Notes under the pieces: model-generated
The model's input: the letters and a program-made list of their open reading frames with translations, nothing else
Told to the model about the DNA's origin: nothing
Database searches by the model: none
Program-made: the position numbers and the translations under genes
Part shown: positions 11,149 through 21,500 of the stretch, one piece after another
How positions within the stretch are numbered: position 1 is the first letter of the stretch
Layout of the letters: every line of letters begins with the position of its first letter
Source of the DNA: Malacoraja senta
Lineage: Eukaryota
DNA: 64,000 nt
Reading direction: 5' to 3'
NCBI GenBank assembly: GCA_038087875.1
Contig: CM075991.1
Location: 6,076,001-6,140,000, forward strand

Positions 11149-12183
11149 TAGCAATGTTACAAAATTTTGAGATTTAAAAAATAAAGTCTGCAATTTATCC
11201 CATCAGATAAAGCATAAAAAGAAGTTTAATTTGACACTTAATTCACTTTCATATCTTCAGTATTAAAAAAGTTATGGCCATTATCATACTCAGAAATTAG
11301 CATCTAGTTCCCTATTGCTTTTCCATTGACTTAACACAAAAGCTGTGATCGAGGACAGTTAAAAGCCCATAACTTTCTTAAAAATTATGGTAACTGAAAG
11401 AAATTTTCAGGTATTATAGATTGAAGCATTCTGAAACAAATATGAAACAATCTTACTTCGAAGACATGAAAGTAAAGCATATAATTAGTTACCTAATTGT
11501 AGCTAATTACAAAATTCAATTACTAGATCTAAACATCTATCAATTTCTTAAGAATAGATTAACATTTTTAAATAGCCTAAGTGTCCAAATAACATTCACA
11601 CAATAATTCACAATATAACATAATTTTTAAATCTAATTTTCATGAATTTACAGGCCAAATGGAAGGAATTGAATGTTTAATACCTGTAAATTAATGGGGA
11701 TTTAATTCATCTTGCGAGTGAGAATTTCTGGAACGCGATCTTTTGGAACGTTCATTTGCGGTGAATTTAACCCCGTATTGGCATGAAAAATACTGCCGTT
11801 AATTCGGGGAATAAAATCACCGTGTCGCATGACAAAATGTGAATTAAAGGCTTCTTAAGAAGCACTTTTATACATTTAAAGAAAGCACTTTCGTTTACCT
11901 GTCCATTGTGTGAAATCCGTCCCCGTTATTGGCGTTGACGCTTCAGGAGCTGATTTTAAAATGACTGTAGCGCTGACATTGACGATTTAATTTTTAAAAA
12001 AAATTCACAAAACGCGGGTAGGAACGATTTTGTCAGCGAAGTTTTGTACTCCAACAAAATATTTCCAGGACAAGGGAGAAACCTGCGTTTTAACCCCGCC
12101 CCCCCCTTAAAGGCGCCAAAATCGCGCACACGGCCAGTGGCAGAATTACAGCGCGACTGAAGGTAAGTTTTGTAACATACCTA
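11149..12183. mobile_element. Non-autonomous TIR DNA transposon (~1.04 kb, hAT-like TAG...CTA termini), copy 1
   Basis: Imperfect TIR TAGCAATGTTACAAAA / TTTTGTAACATACCTA; TSD CTGTATG at 11142-11148 and 12184-12190; no transposase ORF; second copy at 18688-19728. Confidence 0.85.
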
Positions 12184-12727
12184 CTGTATGGAGGTTGTAG
12201 ATAAATTCAAAGCATCGATACTAATTAAACTTGATCTTCAGAGTGTGCGTGCAAACTCATTGCAATTTTAACAAAGTCTAATGAACAAAAGCACAAAGTG
12301 AGCTATTGTTTTTAACATTCACTGTGACAGGCCCATAATTCAATATTTATTTCCTTTTCTATGGTGCGTCATTTGGATGAATTAATCTTTAATCAATTGC
12401 ACAAATAAGCATTCTTTCATCACGAGAACATGACAGATTTAACTCTTTACCAGAGGTCCATACCACATAGACCAGTGCGGCAGAGAAGCTGGCCCTTTGG
12501 CCCACAATGTCTGTGCTGAATTTGATGCCAAGTTAAACTAATCTGCCTGCACAGGATCCAATCTACTTAAAAGCCTCTTTAACTCCACTGTTGTACGTGG
12601 CTCCACCACCACAACTGGCAGTGCATTCCAGGCACTCACCACTCCCTGTATTTAAAAACTTGCCCCAAACATCTCCTTTAAACCAGTTGAGGCCAGAATG
12701 AACATCTTAGTTTGCTTCTGTAAAAAG

Positions 12728-12972
12728 GTTGGTGATTACGTGCCCACCACGACCCAACCCTCTATCATAAAGGTCAGATGGAAGTTCTTGAATTACTCGT
12801 TTTATTATGTTACTATATTACTTCGTTTGTTGTTTTTTGTGATTTCACACCGCTGCTTCGAAGATTGACGCGCAGGCGCACTGGCGGGGTTCTTCACGTA
12901 ATCACCAACGTAACTCCTCATAAAATAAAGATCAAACTTCAAACTGGTAAGTTCTTGTTTAATCTTACTATT
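12728..12972 (+). mobile_element. DIRS family A, 3' terminal fragment (array unit 1)
   Basis: Matches the 3' end of 18547-24259 including the right ITR and terminal ...AATCTTACTATT. Confidence 0.85.
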
Positions 12973-13183
12973 CCTCTTGTTTTAGATTAAAATGGAAGAT
13001 AATCTTTGAACAGGTAATATTCAGTCGTCTGCTGGACCCTGGTAGGGGAGGGGGAGGGGGGTGGGAGGGGGAGTGAAATCACTATCATTTTCTGAGGATT
13101 GAGCCAACACTCAAAGTGCCGGCCTTCCCAAAACAGTGAAATAGTTCGTGCACTGCTCAAAACTGCTCAAAAACTCAATGTAA

Positions 13184-13496
13184 GACTTCTGGTAGCACCA
13201 TGTTATACTAACAGATGTGCACCTAGCTCCGCTCTCGAAAAAAAATCGTGATTTTTCATGCTAGAACGGGTCTATAAGTCGGAATTGATTTAAAACCTCA
13301 CCGGAGCTTCTGGTCGCCGTGCTGATGATGTCATCAGTACGCGCCGTGCTGATGACGTCATCAGTAAACGTGGCTTAAAGACTTTTAAATGAGAAAACTG
13401 TCTCCAGCTCAGAGCCCTCAGAGAACAGTTAAAAAACAGCTGCTGAAAAACCTGAAGAATCCTGAAGGAGAAGTTACCTCTGAAGTTCCTGAAGTG
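13184..13496 (+). mobile_element. L1 5' UTR + start of ORF1, truncated at the array junction (also 15208-15518, 17229-17514, 24470-24781)
   Basis: Begins GACTTC(C/T)GGT after the same target sequence as the full L1 at 33334 and encodes MRKLSPAQ...EVTSEVPEV, as in that element's ORF1. Confidence 0.9.
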
Positions 13497-13569
13497 CTTA
13501 CTAATCTCATATTTCAAAATATTAATTGCAAACGAGAACTCCAAAGTACTCCTACTCAATCCATAAATC

Positions 13570-14084
13570 CAGAATGCAGCCGCCCGACTCATTACCCAGA
13601 CCAAATCCTGGCACCACATCACCCCAGTTCTCAAAGAACTCCACTGGCTTCCCATTTCCCACCGGATCATCTACAAAATCCTGGTCCTCACCTACAAAGC
13701 CCTCAACCACTTGGCCCTCCCTTATCTCACTGACCTCCTCTCCCCCTACCAACCCTCACGGTCCCTCAGATCCACATCAGCTGGTCTCCTCTCCACTCCG
13801 AAATCAAACCTCTGCACTTTTGGAGGCAGAGCCTTCTCCAGGGCAGCTCCCAGGCTCTGGAATTCCCTCCCACAACTGATCCGAAATTCTGAGTCCCTCA
13901 CCATCTTCCAGTCCCGCCTCAAGACCCATCTCTTCACTTCTGCATACCCTTAGTCCCATGTTCCCCTCCCTTTTGCATCTCTGTCTTACTGCTCCAATTT
14001 TTTTGTTTATTCTTGACTCTCAATGTAAAGCGACTTTGAGTCCTGAAAAGCGCTATATAAATAAAATGTATTATTATTATTATT
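13570..14084 (+). mobile_element. 5'-truncated L2-clade LINE (also 15592-16106, 17588-18102, 24855-25370)
   Basis: QNAAARLITQTKSWHHITPVLKELHWLPI...PSRSLRS...AFSRAAPRLWNSLP...FQSRLKTHLF, stem-loop 3' UTR and (TAT)n tail; probable TSD ATAAATC at 13563-13569 / 14085-14091. Confidence 0.9.
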
Positions 14085-14528
14085 ATAAATCATGCCTCTA
14101 ATGTTTAGACTTTGACCCCCCTGGTCCAAAGTTTCCAAAACTGGTGGAACAGATTTCTCAGAATCATTTCCTTTATCAGTTTCCTTCCTTATCTTGGAAG
14201 CTACAATGAACTTAATCCCTTGATGTTGTTTTCCTGTCAATTTATAAATGTATATTTTCAGAGAATTTCTCAATCCAGGTGTTGGACTCAAGAATGAGAA
14301 TAAAAATGTTGCACCAAGCAGGATTGCAACACTACAGATGAATGGACTTTAACCCAGTTCATGCCATTGATTTTTGGACTGAATGACATGAATTTAATCC
14401 ACATTTAGAAAGCATTTGGCAGGTTGCTGTTCAAATCAGGTAGAAGGGGGAAATAGACAGTGGATGGAAGGATTGAACACCTTGCAGGTGGCCACCATAC
14501 AACATTATACAGAGACAGAAACAATCAC

Positions 14529-14995
14529 ATTTTACTTCGGAGTCACGTGAGTGACTACGTGAAGAACCCCGCCAGTGCGCCTGCGCGTCCGAGTCAATCA
14601 ATGCAGTGAGAAGCCGGGATTTGTCTGCGGCATGATATCACAAAGCTTTCAAATCTTCACGTAGTCACTCACGTGACTCCGAAGTAAAATAGTAAGATTA
14701 AACTAGAACTTACCAGTTTGAAGTTTGATCTTTATTTTATGAGGAGTTACGTTGGTGATTACGTGCCCACCACGACCCAACCCTCTATCATAAAGGTCAG
14801 ATGGAAGTTCTTGAATTACTCGTTTTATTATGTTACTATATTACTTCGTTTGTTGTTTTTTGTGATTTCACACCGCTGCTTCGAAGATTGACGCGCAGGC
14901 GCACTGGCGGGGTTCTTCACGTAATCACCAACGTAACTCCTCATAAAATAAAGATCAAACTTCAAACTGGTAAGTTCTTGTTTAATCTTACTATT
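14529..14995 (+). mobile_element. 467-bp internally deleted mini-DIRS (family A), unit 2
   Basis: Left ITR joined directly (GCGCGTC|CGAGTCAATC) to the 3' region with the ICR and right ITR; ATT at both ends. Confidence 0.9.
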
Positions 14996-16547
14996 CCTCT
15001 TGTTTTAGATTAAAATGGAAGATAATCTTTGAACAGGTAATATTCAGTCGTCTGCTGGACCCTGGTAGGGGAGGGGGAGGGGGGGTGGGAGGGGGAGTGA
15101 AATCACTATCATTTTCTGAGGATTGAGCCAACACTCAAAGTGCCGGCCTTCCCAAAACAGTGAAATAGTTCGTGCACTACTCAAAACTGCTCAAAAACTC
15201 AATGTAAGACTTCCGGTAGCCATGTTATACTAACAGATGTGCACCTAGCTCCGCTCTCGAAAAAAAATCGCGATTTTTCATGCTAGAACGGGTCTATAAG
15301 TCGGAATTGATTTAAAACCTTACCGGAGCTTCTGGTCGCCGTGCTGATGATGTTATCAGTAAGCGCCGTGCTGATGACGTCATCAGTAAACGTGGCTTAA
15401 AGACTTTTAAATGAGAAAACTGGCTCCAGCTCAGAGCCCTCAGAGAACAGTTAAAAAACAGGTGCTGAAAAAGCTGAAGAATCCTGAAGGAGAAGTTACC
15501 TCTGAAGTTCCTGAAGTGCCTACTAATCTCATATTTCAAAATATTAATTGCAAACGAGAACTCCAAAGTACTCCTACTCAATCCATAAATCCAGAATGCA
15601 GCCGCCCGACTCATTACCCAGACCAAATCCTGGCACCACATCACCCCAGTTCTCAAAGAACTCCACTGGCTTCCCATTTCCCACCGGATCATCTACAAAA
15701 TCCTGGTCCTCACCTACAAAGCCCTCAACCACTTGGCCCTCCCTTATCTCACTGACCTCCTCTCCCCCTACCAACCCTCACGGTCCCTCAGATCCACATC
15801 AGCTGGTCTCCTCTCCACTCTGAAATGAAACCTCTGCATTTTTGGAGGCAGAGCCTTCTCCAGGGCAGCTCCCAGGCTCTGGAATTCCCTCCCACAACTG
15901 ATCCGAAATTCTGAGTCCCTCACCATCTTCCAGTCCCGCCTCAAGACCCATCTCTTCACTTCTGCATACCCTTAGTCCCATGTTCCCCTCCCTTTTGCAT
16001 CTCTGTCTTACTGCTCCAATTTTTTTGTTTATTCTTGACTCTCAATGTAAAGCGACTTTGAGTCCTGAAAAGCGCTATATAAATAAAATGTATTATTATT
16101 ATTATTATAAATCATGCCTCTAATGTTTAGACTTTGACCCCCCTGGTCCAAAGTTTCCAAAACTGGTGGAACAGATTTCTCAGAATCATTTCCTTTATCA
16201 GTTTCCTTCCTTATCTTGGAAGCTACAATGAACTTAATCCCTTGAGGTTGTTTTCCTGTCAATTTATAAATGTATATTTGCAGAGAATTTCTCAATCCAG
16301 GTGTTGGACTCAAGAATGAGAATAAAAACGTTGCACCAAGCAGGATTGCAACACTACAGATGAATGGACTTTAACCCAGTTCATGCCATTGATTTTTGGA
16401 CTGAATGACATGAATTTAATCCACATTTAGAAAGCATTTGGCAGGTTGCTGTTCAAATCAGGTAGAAGGGGGAAATAGACAGTGGATGGAAGGATTGAAC
16501 ACCTTGCAGGTGGCCACCATACATTATACAGAGACAGAAACAATCAC

Positions 16548-17014
16548 ATTTTACTTCGGAGTCACGTGAGTGACTACGTGAAGAACCCCGCCAGTGCGCC
16601 TGCGCGTCCGAGTCAATCAATGCAGTGAGAAGCCGGGATTTGTCTGCGGCATGATATCACAAAGCTTTCAAATCTTCACGTAGTCACTCACGTGACTCCG
16701 AAGTAAAATAGTAAGATTAAACTAGAACTTACCAGTTTGAAGTTTGATCTTTATTTTATGAGGAGTTACGTTGGTGATTACGTGCCCACCACGACCCAAC
16801 ACTCTATCATAAAGGTCAGATGGAAGTTCTTGAATTACTCATTTTATTATGTTACTATATTACTTCGTTTGTTGTTTTTTGTGATTTCACACCGCTGCTT
16901 CGAAGATTGACGTGCAGGCGCACTGGTGGGGTTCTTCACGTAATCACCAACGTAACTCCTCATAAAATAAAGATCAAACTTCAAACTGGTAAGTTCTTGT
17001 TTAATCTTACTATT
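16548..17014 (+). mobile_element. 467-bp internally deleted mini-DIRS (family A), unit 3
   Basis: Same deletion junction and flanks as 14529-14995. Confidence 0.9.
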
Positions 17015-18546
17015 CCTCTTGTTTTAGATTAAAATGGAAGATAATCTTTGAACAGGTAATATTCAGTCGTCTGCTGGACCCTGGTAGGGGAGGGGGAGGG
17101 GGGGGGTGGGAGGGGGAGTGAAATCACTATCATTTTCTGAGGATTGAGCCAACACTCAAAGTGCCGGCCTTCCCAAAACAGTGAAATAATTCGTGCACTG
17201 CTCAAAACTGCTCAAAAACTCAATGTAAGACTTCCGGTAGCGCCATGTTATACTAACAGATGTGCACCTAGCTCCGCTCTTGAAAAAAAATCGCGATTTT
17301 TCATGCTAGAAAGGGTCTATAAGTCGGAATTGATTTAAAACCTTACCGGAGCTTCTGGTCGCCGTGCTGATGACGTCATCAGTAAACGTGGCTTAAAGAC
17401 TTTTAAATGAGAAAACTGTCTCCAGCTCAGAGCCCTCAGAGAACAGTTAAAAAACAGCTGCTGAAAAACCTGAAGAATCCTGAAGGAGAAGTTACCTCTG
17501 AAGTTCCTGAAGTGCCTACTAATCTCATATTTCAAAATATTAATTGCAAACGAGAACTCCAAAGTACTCCTACTCAATCCATAAATCCAGAATGCAGCCG
17601 CCCGACTCATTACCCAGACCAAATCCTGGCACCACATCACCCCAGTTCTCAAAGAACTCCACTGGCTTCCCATTTCCCACCGGATCATCTACAAAATCCT
17701 GGTCCTCACCTACAAAGCCCTCAACCACTTGGCCCTCCCTTATCTCACTGACCTCCTCTCCCCCTACCAACCCTCACGGTCCCTCAGATCCACATCAGCT
17801 GGTCTCCTCTCCACTCCGAAATCAAACCTCTGCACTTTTGGAGGCAGAGCCTTCTCCAGGGCAGCTCCCAGGCTCTGGAATTCCCTCCCACAACTGATCC
17901 GAAATTCTGAGTCCCTCACCATCTTCCAGTCCCGCCTCAAGACCCATCTCTTCACTTCTGCATACCCTTAGTCCCATGTTCCCCTCCCCTTTGCATCTCT
18001 GTCTTACTGCTCCAATTTTTTTGTTTATTCTTGACTCTCAATGTAAAGCGACTTTGAGTCCTGAAAAGCGCTATATAAATAAAATGTATTATTATTATTA
18101 TTATAAATCATGCCTCTAATGTTTAGACTTTGACCCCCCTGGTCCAAAGTTTCCAAAACTGGTGGAACAGATTTCTCAGAATCATTTCCTTTATCAGTTT
18201 CCTTCCTTATCTTGGAAGCTACAATGAACTTAATCCCTTGATGTTGTTTTCCTGTCAATTTATAAATGTATATTTTCAGAGAATTTCTCAATCCAGGTGT
18301 TGGACTCAAGAATGAGAATAAAAACGTTGCACCAAGCAGGATTGCAACACTACAGATGAATGGACTTTAACCCAGTTCATGCCATTGATTTTTGGACTGA
18401 ATGACATGAATTTAATCCACATTTAGAAAGCATTTGGCAGGTTGCTGTTCAAATCAGGTAGAAGGGGGAAATAGACAGTGGATGGAAGGATTGAACACCT
18501 TGCAGGTGGCCACCATACAACATTATACAGAGACAGAAACAATCAC

Positions 18547-21500
18547 ATTTTACTTCGGAGTCACGTGAGTGACTACGTGAAGAACCCCGCCAGTGCGCCT
18601 GCGCGTCATTACGTCAGACGCATTGGCGCAAACAGACGCGAGGAGCAGAGCTCCTCTAGTGGAATTGTAGTTTTCAACTACAAGATATAGCAATGTTACA
18701 AAATTTTGAGATTTTAAAAATAAAGTCTGCAATTTATCCCATCAGATAAAGCATAAAAAGAAGTTTAATGTGACACCTAATTCACTTTCATATCTTCAGT
18801 ATTAAAGAAGTCATGGCCATTTTCATACTCGGAAATTAGCATCTTGTTCCCTATTGCTTTTCCATTGACTTAACACAAAAGCTGTGATTGAGGACAGTTA
18901 AAAGCCCATAACTTTCTTAAAAATTAAGATAACTGAAAGAAATTTTCAGTTATTATAGATTGAAGCATTCTGAAACAAATATGAAACAATCTTACTTAGA
19001 AGACATGAAAGTAAAGCATATAATTAGGTAGTTACGTAATTGTAGCTAATTACAAAATTCAATTACTAGATCTAAACATCTATCAATTTCTTAAGAATAG
19101 ATTAACATTTTTAAATAGCCTAAGTGTCCAAATAACATTCACACAATAATTCACAATATAACATAATTTTTAAATCTCATTTTCATGAATTTACAGGCCA
19201 AATGGAAGGAATTGAATGTTTAATACCTGTAAATTAATGAGGATTTAAATCATCTTGTGAGTGAGGATTTCTGGAACGCGATCTTTTGGAACGTTCATTT
19301 GCGGTGAATTTAACCCCGTATTGGCATGAAAAATACTGCCGTTAATTCGGGGAATAAAATCACCGTGTCGCATGAAAAAATGTGAATTAAAGGCTTCTTA
19401 AGAAGCACTTTTATACATTTAAAGAAACCACTTTTGTTTACCTGTCCCATGTGTGAAATCCGTCCCCGTTATCGGCGTTTACGCTTCAGAAGCTGCTTTT
19501 AAAATTACTCTAGCGCTGACATTGACGATTTAATAAAAATTAAAAAAACACAAAAGGCCACTAGGAACGATTTGTCAGCCAAGGCTTGTACTCCAACAAA
19601 ATATTAACCAGGACAAGGGAGGAGAAACCCGCGTTTTAACCCCGTCCCCCCTTAAAGGCGCCAAAATCGCGCACACGGCCAGTGGCAGAATTGCAGCGCG
19701 ACTGAAGGTAAGTTTTGTAACATACCTACAAGATAAGTATAAACTTTTTTGGAAGTATTTCCGTGTCCGTTTACTGTGGGTTTGTGGGGATTTTTTCCAC
19801 AGGCATCATGGAAAAAACGGGCAAGGGGAGGAGGCGAGCGGCACAGCCGACAGAGAGTCGCGAGATTGCGGTCGGCGACCAGCCGCCTCTGACCACGGTA
19901 CAGTCGCCAGCAGACAGCATAGCGACTGTGGATATTGGGGCTGAAGTGAATTTAGTCAGCACCAGTGGGGCAAGGCAAAGCCGATAAAAAGCTGCGGGAA
20001 TGCGGTCGGTAAAGGACTGCCTCATACCCTACAACAGTCGCCGGCTGGGAGCGGGGCGAACTGTGGATTTGTGTATTAAAGAAAAGAACGGAGCCAGCGT
20101 CAGTTGGGTGCTAGGCAACATACAAGTCAGGGCCATGGAGCAAGAGTCAGTTTGGGATTCACCTCCAAGACTGGATACCACTTTCTGAGTGGATATTCCA
20201 AATGGAGAACCTGTACACAGGTTGCTCCAACAATACATACTCCAGGAGGAGTGATGTCAGAACCAGGCTCTAGAAGCCAGGTCAGCAGCACCGAGTAAAG
20301 GGCTGCTTGATAGCATCCTCATTGATGAGGCGCGTGCACAGGGTCAGCAGAGTTTCCAAAACAAGCAAAGACGGCAGCTGCCAGATGTTTTACTCCTGGC
20401 AGTACGATTCGCTGCCCCGTCAGAGTCAGGAGAGCCACTTGGAAAGGAAGTGGGCTCTGTGATCAACTATTGTGTCTGCCATCAGCACTAGTAGATTACG
20501 ATGGATGAAAATGCCCAAAAAGCACGAGATCCCAAGGAACTGCGTATTGCTGAAAGTACTAGCAGTGAACCAAGATATAAGGGGTCAGATGGGCGAAGGC
20601 ATGTAAGCCTAAGGAAAGTAAACTGCAGAGAATATTGAAGCTGCTGGGTTGATGAACAACTGCAATTTGCAAATCAATGGATGGAGGCCATGGATGGAGA
20701 TGCATCAAGTGGCACTAAGGTTGCTATGTAGCGCCCACTTCAAGAAGAATTGTTTCAGGAAGTATACCATTCGGTCCACCATCAACCCAAAGTTGCAACA
20801 ACTCTGTAAAGCCCAGCAATGTGCAGTCATTCAACTTATTCTTCAGAGAAAAAACCTCATGAATCGTGGGAAAGAGTTGGATAATGAGGCAAAAACAGCA
20901 AAGTTGATCACAACATCAATGGTCATCAAGTCTGCAAAGAGGACGTATCCTTTCAGACATCATACAAAATCCTGGACCGACATCAGGATCAAATCGACCA
21001 TTGAAGCAGGTGCGCAGTTGATGCCCTGCAGCAGGAAAAACGAAAAAGCGTGGGTTTTGCCTGCCAGGAGCCAGAGACCACAGGTCACTCAGATGACAAA
21101 GGAGGTAGGTGGACCTGGTTCTTATGGGAACATATTAAGGCAAAAACAGCCAAATATTGGAAGCAAATTACTTAAATTATTATTCTGAGTATTATAGAAA
21201 GGTTTCGAATTGATTCGATTCAAATACTGGTTTGCCATCCAGCATGTTCCAAGCAGAACACTCCAATTTCACATAAAAATAATTGATGGAGGTTCAAGCT
21301 GAATTGAAAACTTGTTTAGAAACAAGTAATTGAAAGCTCGGTTTATCAAAACCACCAAATTGTGTTTAAAATTTCTCAACCTAAAAAGGTGAGGAGTATT
21401 TTAGATCTGACAAGTCTTTAAAAGTTTGTGAAGTATAGACACTTCAAAATGGAGACTTTGAGACTGCCAAACAATTTATTTCAAAAAAGATGTTTTATGG

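Noticed and set aside
12778..12990. Recurrent 70-aa ORF with hydrophobic N-terminus (MEVLELLVLLCYY...)
   Set aside because: Lies in the non-coding DIRS 3' terminal repeat; it recurs only because of the tandem array.
20649..21188. 179-aa ORF as a host gene
   Set aside because: Frameshifted remnant of DIRS A gag (similar CSAHF..NC.RK..IR..I.PK motif in DIRS B 29235..29444).
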